44,426 nt of DNA from Chthoniobacteraceae bacterium (GTDB taxonomy: Bacteria > Verrucomicrobiota > Verrucomicrobiia > Chthoniobacterales > Chthoniobacteraceae), in assembly GCA_040081625.1 (NCBI GenBank), contig JBEBGD010000039.1, forward strand, positions 1 through 44,426, read 5' to 3'. How positions within the stretch are numbered: the stretch's first letter is position 1; every line of letters begins with the position of its first letter. The position numbers were made by a program, and so were the translations under genes. Positions 9,364 through 17,940 of this stretch are shown here, in pieces. Below the pieces are notes generated by a model. The model was not told the origin of the DNA. It made no database searches and worked only from the letters and a program-made list of their open reading frames with translations.

Positions 9364-10611
9364 TCAGTCTTCGGCGCGGTCGCCGGCGGGGCACATCTTC
9401 ACGAGCTTCGGGTCGAACTGGCCGAGGACTTCGACCAGATCGGTCTGCGCGGCCATGACGGCGTGGATGTCCTTATAGACACCCGGCACTTCATCGAGGC
9501 CCGCGGAGAGCAGATCGACGCCGCGCTCGGCGAGCAGCTTCCGCGTCGCGCTCCAGGTGAAGGATTGCAGCGCCTTCGTGCGGCTCATCACGCGACCCGC
9601 GCCGTGCGACGCGCTATTCAGCGACTCGGGCGAACCCTTGCCGCGCACGACGAAGCCGGGCGACGCCATCGAGCCGGGAATGATGCCGAGCACGCCGGCA
9701 CCCGCGGGCGTCGCGCCCTTGCGATGCACGATGACTTCGCGTTGCTCGCCGCCGACTTCGTGCGTTTCCTTCCACGCGAAGTTGTGATGGTTCTCGATGT
9801 CGAGGATCACGTCGTCGCCGAGCTTGCGCGCGATGTGGCGGTGGATGAGCGCGTGGTTCGCGGCGGCGTAACGGCCCATCAGATTCATCGCGGCCCAGTA
9901 TTCCTGGCCGTCGGCGGCGTCGAGCGAGAGCCACGCGAGGTGTTTGAGTTCCTTTGGCAAGGACGCGTGCCGGGCCATCGCGCACTTGCTGTAGAAGTCG
10001 CACACTTGCGCGCCCGTGCCGCGCGAACCCGAGTGCGAGAGCAGCGCGAGGTATTCGCCCGACTCGAGACCGAGCGCCGGCGCCTGCTCTGAATCGACGC
10101 TGAATGCGCCGAACTCGACGAAGTGATTGCCGCTGCCGCTCGTGCCGAGCTGCGCCCACGCCTTGCCTTGGAGTCGCTCCGTGACGGGCGAAACGCTCCA
10201 GTCTTCGTCCATCACGTCGTGCTCGCGCCGCTGCTTGAACTCGCAGCCGATCCCGAAGCGTGTCTCGCTCTCGATGATGTTTGCAAGTCGGTCGCGCTGG
10301 CCGGCGAGGGTGTTCGCCTTGCGGTCATAGACGCTGAGTTTCATGCGGCACGCGATGTCCACGCCGACGGCGTAGGGAATCACCGCGTTCTCCGTCGCGA
10401 GCACGCCGCCGATCGGCAGGCCGTAGCCGACGTGCGCATCCGGCATGAGTGCGCCGGCCACCGCGACCGGCAGCGCACACGCATTGGTCATCTGCTTCAC
10501 AGCTTCCGGGTCGAGACCCTCGCCCCACTGGCGCCACGGAGCGAGACTCGCGCGGGGCGAGTGGGTCTGCCGGTGGCTTGCGCCGTGGCGGGTGAAGGCT
10601 TTGGAGTTCAT
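9364..10611 (-). CDS. rtcB: RNA 3'-phosphate/5'-OH ligase RtcB
   Basis: MPDAHVGYGLPIGGV, VGVDIAC, GTSGSGNHFVE, HSGSRG, NHHNFAW, HRKGAT, SHGAGR, DEVPGVYK. Confidence 0.96.
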   Translation of the reverse strand: MNSKAFTRHGASHRQTHSPRASLAPWRQWGEGLDPEAVKQMTNACALPVAVAGALMPDAHVGYGLPIGGVLATENAVIPYAVGVDIACRMKLSVYDRKANTLAGQRDRLANIIESETRFGIGCEFKQRREHDVMDEDWSVSPVTERLQGKAWAQLGTSGSGNHFVEFGAFSVDSEQAPALGLESGEYLALLSHSGSRGTGAQVCDFYSKCAMARHASLPKELKHLAWLSLDAADGQEYWAAMNLMGRYAAANHALIHRHIARKLGDDVILDIENHHNFAWKETHEVGGEQREVIVHRKGATPAGAGVLGIIPGSMASPGFVVRGKGSPESLNSASHGAGRVMSRTKALQSFTWSATRKLLAERGVDLLSAGLDEVPGVYKDIHAVMAAQTDLVEVLGQFDPKLVKMCPAGDRAED

Positions 10612-10799
10612 GGGTGTGAGCCACGAAGACTAGTGCCGATCCGCGGCGTGAGCCCAACTCTGATTTTCCAGGCGAACGGATGGACCGGGAGCGGCGTGCG
10701 AGATGCGTCGGAATCGCATCATGCCATCAGAACGCTCGACCTCATCCCTGAGCCTGCGATTAAGTGCCAACTCCGACCCGGAAACCACCAACTCATCCC

Positions 10800-11084
10800 A
10801 TGCAAACAAACCGATCCCTGATCGCCATGGCACTCGTGATGTGCCTCCACCCCGGCACGAACGCTTCCGCGTCCGAAGCACCATCCTCGGAATCAAAAGT
10901 GGCTCGCCCACAGTGGGAACATCTGGCGTTCACACATGACCTGCGCGGCGGGTCGAAAGACCCCGGGATTGCGCGGAAGATCGTCGCCTTGGGCAAGGAG
11001 GGTTGGGAGCTTGTCTCCGTCGCAAACTTCACCGAGAGCGGGACGACCACGAAGACGACGTATTATTTCAAGCGCCGGTTGTAG
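10800..11084 (+). CDS. Small secreted DUF4177-like protein
   Basis: QWEHL...LGKEGWELVSV...YYFKR pattern; signal peptide. Confidence 0.75.
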   Translation: MQTNRSLIAMALVMCLHPGTNASASEAPSSESKVARPQWEHLAFTHDLRGGSKDPGIARKIVALGKEGWELVSVANFTESGTTTKTTYYFKRRL

Positions 11085-11203
11085 GCGCCACGGAAGCAAT
11101 TTGCGGGACAGTTCACGCTCGCTCGGAGGTGGAGGAAATGAGAGCGGTTCCGGCGGCTCCGAGGAGTTGTTTCGCGGCGCGCGGATGCGATCAGCGAGGT
11201 GGC

Positions 11204-11221
11204 TTGTGAAAAATTTCACAA
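11204..11221. promoter_or_regulatory. Rex-type operator TTGTGAA-AAAT-TTCACAA
   Basis: AT-rich palindrome exactly matching the Rex consensus TTGTGAA-N4-TTCACAA, 45 nt upstream of the first gene of the nuo-containing operon. Confidence 0.75.
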
Positions 11222-11266
11222 AATCCCCTTGCTGCTTCCCGGCACCCTTCGCAATCTGAGGGAATC

Positions 11267-11632
11267 GTGCACCGAATGGCCGTCAGCGCTTTTCTTTTCA
11301 GCTTCGCACTCGCCGTTTCCGCGTGCGGGCCGCGTATTACCAACCAGAATCTGGAGGTCGTCGAAATCCAGCGGAAGAACCTCGAGAAGACGGGCAAGGG
11401 GATTTCGCCGAAGGAGGTCGAGAGCATCCTCGGTCAGCCGACCCGGATGGAAACAACCCGGCTCGCCCTGGAAACGCAGAAGAAGGAAGTCGATGTGGTG
11501 CGGTTTTACTACCGGCAGGACGGCGAAGAGGTCGCGCTGCACTTCGTCGATGGGAAGCTGATTTCCCCGGTGCAGATGCTCGGTCAGTCGAACGCGTTGA
11601 GGGAAACCCAGTCTGCAACTCCCGGGAAATAG
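11267..11632 (+). CDS. Putative lipoprotein (SmpA/OmlA-like motif)
   Basis: Lipobox-like AVSAC; GISPKEVESILGQP motif; ends 6 nt before nuoEF. Confidence 0.7.
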   Translation: MHRMAVSAFLFSFALAVSACGPRITNQNLEVVEIQRKNLEKTGKGISPKEVESILGQPTRMETTRLALETQKKEVDVVRFYYRQDGEEVALHFVDGKLISPVQMLGQSNALRETQSATPGK

Positions 11633-11638
11633 CTGACC

Positions 11639-13615
11639 ATGTTTTTCCAAGTCCCTGCCGAACTGCTCGCCGCGATCGACGAAGCCAATTCGCATTATCC
11701 GGTTTCTAAGCGCTCGGCTTCACTGCCGCTGCTGCACCTCTGGCAGGAGCATTTCGGCTTCATCTCGGACGAGGCAATCAAGTGGATCGCGGCGAAGCTG
11801 GAGCAGGAGCCGATTCACATTCTCGAGCTGGTCACTTTCTACCCGATGTTCCGGCGAGCGCCGGCCGGGAAGCGGCACATCCGCGTCTGCCGGACGCTGA
11901 GCTGCCAGCTCGCGGGCTCGTATGAGCTGCGCGACGCTGTCGCTAAAGCTGCGGGGATCGACCTCGCGAAGTGGGAGGAAGAAGGCGCGCATCACGCGAA
12001 TGCCGGCCACGGAAACCCAATCGCGGTGTCTGCGGACGGCGAGTATTCGGTCGAGTTCGTCGAGTGTCTCGCAAGCTGCGGCAGCGCGCCGGTGGCGATG
12101 GTGGACGACATGCTCAAGGAGAACGTCTGCGCGGATCAAGCCGCCGACTTGCTGAAGCTCAGGAAGAGCGACGCGACGCTGCCGAAAGTCCTGCCTCCGC
12201 ACCCGAAAGAGCGGCGCATCGTTTTCAAGAACATCGACCGCAAAGGCTGGACGAACGACATCGAGTGCTACGTGCGCGACGGCGGTTACGCGGAGCTGAA
12301 GAAGGCGCTCAAGATGACGCCGGACGCGATCGTCGGCGAGGTGAAGGCGAGCGGCTTGCGCGGTCGCGGCGGCGCTGGTTTTCCGTGCGGGACGAAGTGG
12401 GGCTTCATCAAGCGCGGCGGGCCGAAGCCGACGTATCTCATCTGCAACGCGGACGAGTCCGAACCGGGCACTTTCAAGGACCGCTACATCCTCCACCAGG
12501 ACCCGCATCAACTCATCGAGGGGATGCTCATCTCGTGCTTCGCGGTCGATGCGCGCCTTGCCTACATCTACATCCGCGGCGAGTTCCCCGAGGCCGCGCA
12601 AATCGTCGAGAAGGCGCTCGCCGAGGCGCGCGCGAAGGGCTTTCTCGGCAAGGACATCCTCGGCTCGGGCTTCGACTGCGAGATCTACGTGCATCGCGGC
12701 GCGGGCGCTTACATCTGCGGCGAGGAGACCGGGTTGATCGAATCGCTCGAAGGCAAGCGCGCGTATCCGCGGATCAAGCCGCCGTATTTCCCCGCCGTGC
12801 TCGGGCTCTACATGTGCCCGACGATCGTGAACAACGTCGAGACCCTCTGCGACGTGAAGCACATCATCGCGATGGGCGGCGCGGAGTTTGCGAAGATCGG
12901 CAAGCCGAACAACACCGGCACGCGAATCCTTTGCGTGAGCGGCGACGTCGTGAAGCCAGGCTACTACGAAGTCGAGGTCGGCTCGCTCACGATGGGCGAG
13001 CTCATCTACGACGTGTGCGGTGGCTTGAAAGAAGGGCGCAAGCTCAAGGCGGTCATCCCTGGCGGATCGAGCGCGAAGGTGCTCAAAGCCGGCGAAACCT
13101 ACAACGTGAAGGGAAAGACGATCACGCTCGAAGAAATCCCGATGGACTTCGACACGATCGCCGCGTGCGGATCGATGGCGGGGAGTGGCGGCGTCATCGT
13201 GATGGACGACTCGCGCGGCATGGTCGAGGCGCTCAACAACATCAACGAATTCTACGCGCACGAGAGCTGCGGCCAGTGCACGCCGTGCCGCGAAGGCGCG
13301 CTGTGGATGAAAAAAATCACCGACCGCATCCTCGACGGCGGCGGCACCGAGCGCGACCCGGACATGCTGGTGAAGATCGGCGACGGCATCGCCGGCAAGA
13401 CGATCTGCGCTTTCGGCGAAGCCTGCTCGTGGCCGACGCAATCCTTCGTCGCGAAATTCCGCGACGAGTTCGCGGGCAAGTCGCAAAAGCAAATCCCGCC
13501 GCCGATGCCGCCCGAATACTCGCCGGGCGAACTCATCGCGAATGAGACGATCGAACCCGTTGACGCGCCGCGCGGCAACGGCAGCGAAATCATGGCGCCC
13601 GCCGCCACACGCTAA
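11639..13615 (+). CDS. nuoEF: NADH-quinone oxidoreductase fused subunit NuoE-NuoF
   Basis: NuoE part: TFYPMF, VCRTLSC, VECLASC; NuoF part: SGLRGRGGAGFP, NADESEPGTFKDR, GAGAYICGEET, ESCGQCTPCREG. Confidence 0.96.
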   Translation: MFFQVPAELLAAIDEANSHYPVSKRSASLPLLHLWQEHFGFISDEAIKWIAAKLEQEPIHILELVTFYPMFRRAPAGKRHIRVCRTLSCQLAGSYELRDAVAKAAGIDLAKWEEEGAHHANAGHGNPIAVSADGEYSVEFVECLASCGSAPVAMVDDMLKENVCADQAADLLKLRKSDATLPKVLPPHPKERRIVFKNIDRKGWTNDIECYVRDGGYAELKKALKMTPDAIVGEVKASGLRGRGGAGFPCGTKWGFIKRGGPKPTYLICNADESEPGTFKDRYILHQDPHQLIEGMLISCFAVDARLAYIYIRGEFPEAAQIVEKALAEARAKGFLGKDILGSGFDCEIYVHRGAGAYICGEETGLIESLEGKRAYPRIKPPYFPAVLGLYMCPTIVNNVETLCDVKHIIAMGGAEFAKIGKPNNTGTRILCVSGDVVKPGYYEVEVGSLTMGELIYDVCGGLKEGRKLKAVIPGGSSAKVLKAGETYNVKGKTITLEEIPMDFDTIAACGSMAGSGGVIVMDDSRGMVEALNNINEFYAHESCGQCTPCREGALWMKKITDRILDGGGTERDPDMLVKIGDGIAGKTICAFGEACSWPTQSFVAKFRDEFAGKSQKQIPPPMPPEYSPGELIANETIEPVDAPRGNGSEIMAPAATR

Positions 13616-15265
13616 ATGAGCACCGCGACCGAAGTCCCCATGCTCAACGTCCAGATCGACGGCGCGTGGATGCAATTCCCGAAGGGCACGCGCGCCATCG
13701 AAGCGTGCCGGCAGGCGACGAAATTCATCCCGCACTACTGCTACCACCCGAAGCTCAGCTCGCCGGGCAACTGCCGGATGTGCCTCATCGAAATGGGCCT
13801 GCCGAAAATGACGCCTGATCGCAAGCCGGTCGTCGGCACGGATGGCAAGCCGGAGATTTCGTGGATCCCGCGTCCGCAGATTTCCTGCGCGCTCGAGATC
13901 ACCGAGGGCATGGCGATCCGCACCAGTTCGCCGATGGTCGAGGAGTGCCGCAAGGGCGTGATGGAGTTCCTGCTCATCAATCACCCGCTCGACTGCCCGA
14001 TCTGCGACCAGGCCGGCGAGTGCAAGCTCCAGGAATTCTCGGTCGAATACGGCAACGCGCAGTCGGCCTTCCTCGACCAGAAAGTGAAGAAGCCGAAGAA
14101 CGTCGAACTCGGCCCGCGCGTGACGCTCGACGCCGAGCGTTGCATCCTCTGCACGCGCTGCATTCGCTTTATGAGCGAAGTCGCGAAGGACGACTGCATC
14201 GGCATCGTCGATCGCGGCAGCTACAACACGATCGCCTGCCACCCCGACAAGCCGCTCGTCTCGAATTACTCGCTCAACACCGTCGATATCTGCCCGGTCG
14301 GCGCGCTCACCTCGACCGACTTCCGGTTCAAGATGCGCGTCTGGTTCCTCAAGGAGACCAAGACCATCGACGTGAATTGCGGCACCGGTTCGAACATCAT
14401 CATCGGTGCGCGCGAGAACGTGATCTACCGCATCACGCCGCGCGACAACGACGCGGTCAACGGCTGCTGGCTGCCCGATTCGCACCGGCTCAATTTCAAA
14501 TACGTCAACGACGAGCGCCGGCTCAAACAGCCGATGGTCAAGGGCGAGCCCGTCGAGTGGCGCACCGCCATCGCGATCGCCGCCGAGATGCTCAAGGCCC
14601 ACGCGAGCGACACAATCGCGCTCATTGCCTCGGCGCGCTCGACGAATGAGGAACTGTGGCTCACGCGCCGTCTCATCGAGGAACTCGAGATCGACAAGCA
14701 GCACGACGTCATCCCTCGCGCGGGCGAAGCCGACGGACTGCTCGTCGCCGCCGATCGCAATCCGAACACGACCGGCGCGCACTTGCTGAACATCTGCACG
14801 ACGCGCAGCGGCGCGCGGCTCAAGAAGATCGCCGACGGCGTCCGCAGCGGGCAGATCAAGGCGCTCGTCTGCCTCGGCGAAGACGCGACTAAAGCCGGCC
14901 TCACCGAAGACGACCTGCGCAAGCTCGACGCACTCGTCGTCATGGACATCCTCCCGAACAAGACCACCGCCCACGCCACAGTGCTCCTTCCCGCGAGCGC
15001 GTGGTGCGAGAAGCGCGGCTCGATGATCAACGTGAAGGGCCGGCTCCAGCGCCTCAACAAAGCCGTGAACGCGCCCGGCCAATCGCGCGACGATTGGGAA
15101 ATCCTGCGCGACCTCGTCCAGGCCGTCAGCGGCTCGAATGGCCTGCACATGATCGAGGATGTATTCAAGCAGATGGCTGGGAAGGTGAAGGAGTTCGACG
15201 GCTTGAGCCTCAGCAAGATCGGCGATCTCGGCGTGCAAATCATCGAAGAGGAGGCCGCGAAATGA
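13616..15265 (+). CDS. nuoG: NADH-quinone oxidoreductase subunit G (short form)
   Basis: PHYCYHPKL, GNCRMCL, NHPLDCPICDQAGECKLQ, RCILCTRC, DICPVGAL. Confidence 0.95.
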   Translation: MSTATEVPMLNVQIDGAWMQFPKGTRAIEACRQATKFIPHYCYHPKLSSPGNCRMCLIEMGLPKMTPDRKPVVGTDGKPEISWIPRPQISCALEITEGMAIRTSSPMVEECRKGVMEFLLINHPLDCPICDQAGECKLQEFSVEYGNAQSAFLDQKVKKPKNVELGPRVTLDAERCILCTRCIRFMSEVAKDDCIGIVDRGSYNTIACHPDKPLVSNYSLNTVDICPVGALTSTDFRFKMRVWFLKETKTIDVNCGTGSNIIIGARENVIYRITPRDNDAVNGCWLPDSHRLNFKYVNDERRLKQPMVKGEPVEWRTAIAIAAEMLKAHASDTIALIASARSTNEELWLTRRLIEELEIDKQHDVIPRAGEADGLLVAADRNPNTTGAHLLNICTTRSGARLKKIADGVRSGQIKALVCLGEDATKAGLTEDDLRKLDALVVMDILPNKTTAHATVLLPASAWCEKRGSMINVKGRLQRLNKAVNAPGQSRDDWEILRDLVQAVSGSNGLHMIEDVFKQMAGKVKEFDGLSLSKIGDLGVQIIEEEAAK

Positions 15266-16392
15266 TGGCGTTCCTCAGCTCGCAGGATTTCTGGTTCCTC
15301 GTCGGCACTTCGCTCGCGAAGACGATCTTCCTCATCTTCCTCGTCGTGCTGCCGATGGTCAGCTACACCGTCTATGCCGAGCGGCGCGTCTCCGCGCTCA
15401 TCCAGGATCGCCTCGGTCCGAACCGCACCGGATTCCCGACGACCCTGCTCGGATTCAAGAGCGACTTCTCGCCATTCCTCGGCGGACTAGGTCAACCGGT
15501 CGCGGACGCCGTGAAGTTCTTGCTCAAGGAGGACTTCGTGCCGGGGCACGTGAACAAGTTCTACTTCTGGCTGGCGCCGTGCATGGCGATGATCCCGTCG
15601 ATTGTCGTGCTCGCGGCGATTCCGTTCGGCAGCACCTTCCTCGGCGTGCCGATGGTGATCGCCGACATGAACGTCGGCATCCTCTTCGTCTTCGCGATCT
15701 CGAGCGTTGGCGTTTACGGCATCGTGCTCGCGGGCTGGTCGTCCAATTCCAAATACGCGTTCCTCGGCGGCATCCGCAGTTCATCGCAGATGATCAGCTA
15801 CGAACTCGGACTCGGCCTCAGCGCCGTGCCTGTGCTGCTCATCGCCGGCGCGACGAGCCTGCCGAAGATCACGCAATACCAGATCGATCACGGCTGGCTG
15901 CTCGTTCCGTTTACGGACGGGGCGCTCAGTCTGCGCGATGTCCTGTGCTGGCTGCCGGTCTTCATCGCGTTCATCACATTCACGATCTGCATGTTCGCCG
16001 AGACGAACCGCCTGCCCTTCGATCTCCCAGAGACCGAGCAGGAACTCGTCGCCGGCTACCACACCGAGTATTCGTCGATGAAGTTCGCGCTCTTCTTCCT
16101 CGGCGAATACACCGCGATGATCGCCGGCAGCTCGCTCATCGTCGTGCTCTTCCTCGGCGGCTGGCATTGTCCGTTCATCCCCAATGGCTCGGCGGGCTGG
16201 GTTTGGGGCATCGTGAACATCACTGTCTTCTTCGGGAAAGTCGCCGCGCTGCTCTTCTTCTTCATCTGGGTCCGCTGGACGCTCCCGCGTTTCCGCTTCG
16301 ACCAGCTCATGCATCTTGGTTGGGTTTACATCTTCGAAATCGCGCTCGTGAACATCTTCCTCACCGCCGGCATCCTCGCCTTCACCAAGTAA
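15262..16392 (+). CDS. nuoH: NADH-quinone oxidoreductase subunit H
   Basis: QDRLGPNR, QPVADAVK, QMISYE, ETNRLPFDLPE, PRFRFDQLM; ATGA overlap with nuoG stop. Confidence 0.96.
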   Translation: MMAFLSSQDFWFLVGTSLAKTIFLIFLVVLPMVSYTVYAERRVSALIQDRLGPNRTGFPTTLLGFKSDFSPFLGGLGQPVADAVKFLLKEDFVPGHVNKFYFWLAPCMAMIPSIVVLAAIPFGSTFLGVPMVIADMNVGILFVFAISSVGVYGIVLAGWSSNSKYAFLGGIRSSSQMISYELGLGLSAVPVLLIAGATSLPKITQYQIDHGWLLVPFTDGALSLRDVLCWLPVFIAFITFTICMFAETNRLPFDLPETEQELVAGYHTEYSSMKFALFFLGEYTAMIAGSSLIVVLFLGGWHCPFIPNGSAGWVWGIVNITVFFGKVAALLFFFIWVRWTLPRFRFDQLMHLGWVYIFEIALVNIFLTAGILAFTK

Positions 16393-16398
16393 CGCGAA

Positions 16399-16929
16399 AT
16401 GTCCTACGTCGTCCCGCGCCCCAACCTCACCTGGAAGGAAAAAATCTATCTCCCGTCGATCGTCGCCGGCTTGATGACGACGATCAAACACCTGCGCCGC
16501 ATGCTCGCCGGCGAGCGCAAGGTCGTGATGGAATATCCCGAGCAGAAGTGGGACGCGCACATGCCCGAGCACTACCGCGGCGCGCCGACGCTCGTGACGG
16601 ATGGGCACGGCCGCGAGCGCTGCGTCGCCTGCCAGCTTTGCGAATTCATCTGCCCGCCGCGCGCGATCACGATCAAGCCCGAGGAAATCCCGGGCGACAG
16701 CAAGTGGGCCAAAGTCGAGAAGCGGCCGAAGCATTTCGAGATCGACATGATTCGCTGCATCTACTGCGGCATGTGCGAGGAAGTTTGCCCCGAGCAGGCC
16801 ATCTTCCTGCGCAAGGAATACGCGATCACCGGCACCACGCGCGCCGAGATGGTGAACGACAAACAGAAGCTCTACGAGATGGGCGGCGTCTTCGACGGGC
16901 TCGTGCACAAGTGGAACCCGCTCAAGTAA
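16399..16929 (+). CDS. nuoI: NADH-quinone oxidoreductase subunit I
   Basis: Two CxxCxxCxxxCP motifs (CVACQLCEFICP, CIYCGMCEEVCP), YPEQK. Confidence 0.96.
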   Translation: MSYVVPRPNLTWKEKIYLPSIVAGLMTTIKHLRRMLAGERKVVMEYPEQKWDAHMPEHYRGAPTLVTDGHGRERCVACQLCEFICPPRAITIKPEEIPGDSKWAKVEKRPKHFEIDMIRCIYCGMCEEVCPEQAIFLRKEYAITGTTRAEMVNDKQKLYEMGGVFDGLVHKWNPLK

Positions 16930-16931
16930 CG

Positions 16932-17435
16932 ATGTCGCCGATTCTGTTTTGGATCTTCGCCTTGATGATGCTGGTCTTCGGCGTCGCGGTCGTCGTGAAC
17001 CGCAACCCGGTCGCGAGCGCGCTCTCGCTGGTCGTCAGCTTTCTCGGACTCGCCGCGCTCTTCGTCACTCTCGACGCGTTCTTCATCGGCGTCGTGCAAG
17101 TGCTCGTCTATGCCGGCGCGGTGATGGTGCTCTTCCTCTTCATCATCATGCTGCTCGATCTGAAGGCCGAGCAGCGTCGCAAGCTGAACCTCGCGGCGTG
17201 GGCGGGTGGGGGACTCGTCACCGTCATCTTCGTCGCGCAGCTCTGGGCCGTGCTGAAAAGATTCCCGCTCGGCCAGCAGGCGTTTCCCGCGCTCGCTCCC
17301 GGCCCGCACGATGACGTGCGCGAAGTCGGCATGACGCTCTTCTCGACGCACAATCTTCCCTTCCAGGTCGTCGGTGTGCTCATCCTCGTCGCGACGATCG
17401 GCGTCGTGATCCTCTCCAAACGCGAACTCAAGTAA
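16932..17435 (+). CDS. nuoJ: NADH-quinone oxidoreductase subunit J
   Basis: [28 protein letters not shown]; start at ATG 16932. Confidence 0.95.
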   Translation: MSPILFWIFALMMLVFGVAVVVNRNPVASALSLVVSFLGLAALFVTLDAFFIGVVQVLVYAGAVMVLFLFIIMLLDLKAEQRRKLNLAAWAGGGLVTVIFVAQLWAVLKRFPLGQQAFPALAPGPHDDVREVGMTLFSTHNLPFQVVGVLILVATIGVVILSKRELK

Positions 17436-17758
17436 TGGAGCTGACCCTGAACCACTACCTCCTCGTCAGCGGCCTCCTCTTCGCGATCGGCTTCGCCGGC
17501 GTCATGCTGCGCCGGAACATCATCATCATCTTCATGTGCCTGGAGTTGATGCTCAACGCCGCGAACCTCTCGCTCGTCGCGTTCAGCCGGTTCAACGTCG
17601 GGGAGAACGGCCTGCCGAATTACAACGCGCAGGTGCTCGTGTTCTTCATCATCACCGTCGCGGCTGCGGAAGTCGCCGTCGGCCTCGCGATCATCGTCGC
17701 GCTCTTCCGCGCCCGTCAGACGACGAACGTCGAGGACATCAGCTCGCTGAAATTCTGA
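17435..17758 (+). CDS. nuoK: NADH-quinone oxidoreductase subunit K
   Basis: [31 protein letters not shown]. Confidence 0.96.
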   Translation: MELTLNHYLLVSGLLFAIGFAGVMLRRNIIIIFMCLELMLNAANLSLVAFSRFNVGENGLPNYNAQVLVFFIITVAAAEVAVGLAIIVALFRARQTTNVEDISSLKF

Positions 17759-17787
17759 TGATGTCGCGACACCCGCACGAATTTCAC

Positions 17788-17931
17788 TTGGCGTTTGGCG
17801 TTTGGCGTTTGGCGTTTGGCGTTATGCCGCCCGCAGGGCCAGTCGCCGCGGAGGTCGGTTTCTGCTGCGAAGGGCGCCTGCGGCGGGCCAAACTTCAAAC
17901 GCCAAACGCCAAACGCCAAACACCAAACGCC
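17788..17931. repeat. Heptamer inverted-arm element E1: (TTTGGCG)x5 - GC-rich core - (AAACGCC)x6, degenerate units included
   Basis: T-arm 17788-17823 and A-arm 17888-17931 are reverse complements; sits between nuoK and nuoL. Confidence 0.95.
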
Positions 17932-17940
17932 GTCTGACGC

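Noticed and set aside
10622..10642. Sigma-54 promoter upstream of rtcB (CGGCAC-N5-TTCG on the minus strand)
   Set aside because: The -12 GC dinucleotide is missing and there is no rtcR in the window
13981..13990. TCACCCGCTC match to the tRNA-Gly 3' end as an attR site
   Set aside because: Only 10 nt and inside the conserved NHPLDC codons of nuoG; chance match
11720..15238. 1172-aa minus-strand ORF and similar long shadow ORFs (3902-5917, 21496-23421, 39205-40932)
   Set aside because: Antisense to well-supported genes; typical stop-poor shadows in high-GC DNA with no recognisable motifs
17935..17940. TGA readthrough or selenocysteine fusing the bridge ORF to NuoL (same frame)
   Set aside because: No SECIS-like evidence, and NuoL has its own ATG 3 nt later
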